A stretch of 64,000 bases of DNA, taken from positions 1-64,000 of the forward strand of contig DF237259.1 in assembly GCA_000708835.1 (NCBI GenBank), written 5' to 3'. This document shows, piece after piece, positions 60,601-64,000 of this stretch. The stretch is from Klebsormidium nitens. Lineage: Eukaryota > Plantae > Klebsormidiophyceae. Made by a program: the position numbers and the translations under genes. The notes below the pieces were generated by a model. That model saw nothing but the letters and a program-made list of their open reading frames with translations, was not told the origin of the DNA and searched no databases. Each line of letters starts with the position of its first letter. Position 1 is the stretch's first letter.

Positions 60601-61898
60601 ACAAATCCTTCCACTGATTCGTCTCGGCGCCATTGACTACGGCGCCAAGATGAGCCGTCTAATACGAACATCCAAGGAAGCCCCAATCTCTTTCTTGCTG
60701 TCCTGCAGATGTTGATTTGGGCCGCTTGTCTCGACTTCAGAAGGTGCAAAGTACACGAAAAGCCTCCCAACCTAGTTCTTCATCTTTCCCCAGGTACTAC
60801 CACCGGGGCGTCGACTACGGCGCCGCGACGGGCTCCCCAGTTGTGTCTCCGGCCGGTGCGCGTGTGGCTCTCGTCGGTCGGGAGGAGGACGGGTTTCGGT
60901 TACACGGTAACTGCCTCGGGTTAGACCACGGTCAAGGGGTGGTTAGCACGATGCTTCACTTGGACAGAGTTCACGTGAAAGAAGGGGACGTCGTGAAAGC
61001 GGGACAAGTCCTCGGGACGGTTGGGGAGACGGGGATCGCAACGGGGCCGCATCTGCACTGGTAAGAAGCACTGGGCTGGTTAGACACTGTTATCAGCATC
61101 CTGCTTGATGATGGTTTGCGAACCATGCGGGATACTGATTGGGAGCGATTCTCCTACTGACAGGCCGAAGCCATTCAGAAAAGTACTCCTTGGAATCCTA
61201 CTTGAAGTAGAAGGTGTTGTGGAAGGAAACGTATTCTCTGTTTTAGTTGTTAAGCTCTTCCAAAACGCTGCGAGGGGCTGTTCCGAAGGTAAGCGTTCGT
61301 CGGTTTTCTTTCTCCATCGTCCTGCCCCTTTTTCGCCCTCTCTGGCTTCCCCTTTCTGCTGTTTCGTCCCTCCGAACACCGGACCCTGATCCTTCCCTCC
61401 GTCGCTACTATCGTGTTTTCATATCCTTTTTCCCTCGTGCTTTTGAGTCCTCCTAGGGAGGTTCTTTACCCAATCTGTGAATCCTAATGCGGGTCGCCAC
61501 AAGGTTTGTTTTCTGCTGAGCTCTCATAACGAAAAGTAATCCGTTTCCGATTTCGACTTTTTGAAGACGACAGTTTTTGCAGATTAAGAAGACCCTCAAT
61601 ATGGAGAAAGGGAGAATCTTTTGAGACAGATTTCAGATTGGAAAAAGGGCACAACCAAGAGATAGACCTTTGTTTGCGGCGCCAACCCTGTCGTCTCGGT
61701 GAGAATTGGACGCGTAGTGCGACGAAGAGGAGACGAAGTTTCTCATCTGGTGCACGCTGCGGCAAACTTCGTAAAGCTTGGAACTAAAAAGTGTTGCTGG
61801 TTTTGCCAAGAAACGGCATCTGTTGCTACAGGGGTTTGTACGTGAACGGAGAGTGTATCGACCCAGAGCAGTGGATGCAACCTCAATCCTGGTTGTAG
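57677..61898 (+). CDS. Cyanobacterial-type M23 family metallo-endopeptidase, 5 exons, ~511 aa
   Basis: Exons 57677-58609, 59060-59171, 59790-59946, 60794-61060, 61832-61898; phases consistent. Zn ligands HRGVD (HxxxD) and GPHLHW (HxH). Cyanobacterial-like RALIPTTPLDK and TTDYGVQRYFNG. Confidence 0.9.
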
Positions 61899-62769
61899 GG
61901 GGAAAACGCGCTCGTTATGTGGATTCTTCATCGTTAAATGTAGAACGAAACGCATGCAGAGCAGATTGTGCGGCTCACAAAATAGTAAGATCTGTAATAA
62001 GGTTTCCAAAGTCTCAGATCCTAATAGGTGCCCGACTTTGTCGTAAAAGCAGCACGCGCTTGGGGCTCTGCAGAGGTGATTACTAAGGCGGCTACAGCAC
62101 ACAGCGCGTGCTGCGTGAATTACGCAATGTGCACCGCACAATTGATCTTGACTCCCATCAGCTGGCATGAACTGGGGCATCCAACAGAAAAATGAATCGC
62201 GGTTTGGCCGCGATGGCTGACCCGCCTACTTTTCCTATAAACATTTCCAGGTGTACTCTTGCTGTATAAATATGCAAATCAGTCCATAGCTGTATACGCA
62301 AGTATGCTCCCGATTCGTGGCTGCGCATTTCCGCACACGCACGCTAGCTGCAACTTAAGCAGAAGCTTCGAAATCTGGCATGTACGATCGCCAGAGAGGT
62401 GTTGTATTTGAAAGGTCGGACGCAGCCGGGCCCTTTCTGCGTTATGAGGCCGGCGCAGCACTCCGAGGTTCAGCTTGTGAATATCACCTACCCATGATCG
62501 TGTTTGTTACGTACTCTTTCTTGCACACCATGAGGATATGGCCGGCCCCGCATGTAGCCCTCCATCAGTGCGACATGGCGCAGCACAATTGTGGGTCCAC
62601 CGTCATGTTGCATCACTTTTGGAAGTATATACCGCGTCAGGTGGTAATTGTGAATTATATACACTTCGGGCCGACCTGGACAATTGGGTATGCGTCTTAT
62701 AGGCCATTTAATCTCTCTACAGCGTGCTTAATCTGCTGCAACCGATAGAATAAGTTAAGTTAAACCGTA

Positions 62770-63230
62770 CTAGGCCGCATGCCCTGCCTCAAGAGTCCCC
62801 TTGAGAAACTGTTGGGAAAGCGTTTGTTGAGACGCAAACAACTCCTCAGGCGTGCCCCTTTCCACGATCCGCCCCTTCACCAGCAGACACACCTCGTCCG
62901 CAACCCGACGTATCTGCTCCACGTCATGTGACACCATTACCACCGTCATCCCGGTCTCGTCTCGTAACCGCAAAATCGTTTCCTCCACCAGTCTAGTTGC
63001 CCCGGGGTCTAAAGCTGACGTCGGCTCATCCAACAACAAGCACTCTGGTTGGTTGGCTAACGTCCTGGCCAAAGAAACGCGTTGCGCCTGGCCCCCCGAG
63101 AGCTGGGAAGCGGGAACGGAAGCCATACCGGGCTCTAAACCCGCTTTCTGAAGCAGGTCTTCGACCTGGTTATCTGTTGATCGTTCGCCCCGTAACCGGG
63201 GGCCGTATCGCACGTTATCGGCGACCGTAC
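62770..63230 (-). CDS. STAR1: Last exon of the STAR1/ABCI17 (NAP3)-like ABC ATP-binding subunit; 5' exons lie beyond the window
   Basis: Acceptor tgcag|GTVADNVRYGPRLRGE, signature LSGGQAQRVSLARTLAN, Walker B LLLDEPTSALD, H-loop VSH. Closely matches my recollection of plant ABCI17. Confidence 0.85.
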
Positions 63231-63792
63231 CTGCAAACGAGGAACGACTGACGCGTCATCTCGAAAGTTGCTAAGGGGACTACAGAAGGCGATGGGCAGT
63301 TCTGTTGACATCAGGGGAAGAAACGCATACCACTTTTCAAGTCCCGTACGGAAGACGTGCACTCCACAAATGAGGTTTGAGAAGTTGACCTCAATCTTTG
63401 TCAGAGCCAGAACAACACTTGTGCGAGTCGCCAAGACCAACCGAACGGATCCGAGCAAGGTTGTTTCAAAGACGGCTGGGTAATGAGCAGGATGGCGTCG
63501 ATGAAGACTCCCCGACAATCTTCGAGGTTTGAACCTCACTTCGGAGACTCTTGGTACGCGCCTCGTTTTTTATTATGTTCAGCAGAATCGCGCAAAGCCG
63601 TCCTTCTTGTCAGACTGCACAAATCCGGTAGGGGGTCCCGCAGTCTTCTCTCCACTCATATCCGTTTCATCGTGAGAGCATGCATAAATTGATAGCTGAT
63701 AGCTTTTCCGAAAAACAAACAGCCAGGTTAACCTTTATCTTTAAGCGAAACAGACTTCATACTTATTCCGAAACGGTTTGAGGACCGGCCAC

Positions 63793-64000
63793 GCCGAGCT
63801 TACCGTCAAACAGCGCCGCAGTTTGGAACGGCACCCCAACGCGGCGCCGTAGCTTGACCACGTCTAGCGTGGTGACATCAACCAAATCAACCCCTCGTTA
63901 ATTCTTAGAGGAAAGTCCAAAGAAGCGGCCCGGCCGAGCTTACCGTCAAAGAGCGCCGCGGTTTGAAACAGCGCCCCTACGTGGCGCCGTGACTTGACCA
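63793..64000. repeat. 68-bp direct repeat with 140-bp period in the STAR1 intron
   Basis: gccgagcttaccgtcaaa...ggcgccgt..cttgacca at 63793-63860 and 63933-64000. Confidence 0.85.

Noticed and set aside
36263-61898. A functional cluster of peptidoglycan hydrolases (GH25 + M23)
   Set aside because: They are ~19 kb apart with unrelated genes between, and have different predicted destinations (secreted versus probably plastid). Chance proximity is sufficient.
1-64000. rRNA/tRNA genes
   Set aside because: No recognisable rRNA segments or tRNA cloverleafs seen by eye; tRNAscan-SE or Infernal would be needed to exclude them formally.

Overview
Eukaryotic, intron-rich genomic DNA with GT-AG (occasionally GC-AG) introns and GC-rich exons. 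The gene content (plastid-type lumazine synthase, STAR1-like ABC subunit, bark-storage-protein-like nucleosidase, cyanobacterial-type M23 peptidase) points to a streptophyte; a Klebsormidium-like alga is my inference, not proven. The first ~10 kb is accessory. It holds an intronless, frameshifted viral-type Prim-Pol/Zn-finger/D5 (SF3) primase-helicase, then tandem direct repeats with hairpins, then a convergent spliced SWIM/CxC/KDZ (Kyakuja-Dileera-Zisupton) transposase. This is either a new self-synthesizing type of element or a KDZ transposon next to an endogenous viral relic. The rest holds host genes whose exon chains I rebuilt by hand with consistent phases: DHX34 (16 exons), an AOC/dirigent-like barrel protein, a secreted BSP/MTAN-like protein with a 6-Cys N-terminal module, a secreted GH25 Lys1-like lysozyme, two coiled-coil unknowns, lumazine synthase head-to-head with an M23 peptidase, and the last exon of STAR1/ABCI17. 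A recurring feature is that introns in at least five genes contain decayed ~100-160 bp tandem copies of their own exon/intron boundaries (exon echoes). No rRNA, tRNA or CRISPR array was recognised.
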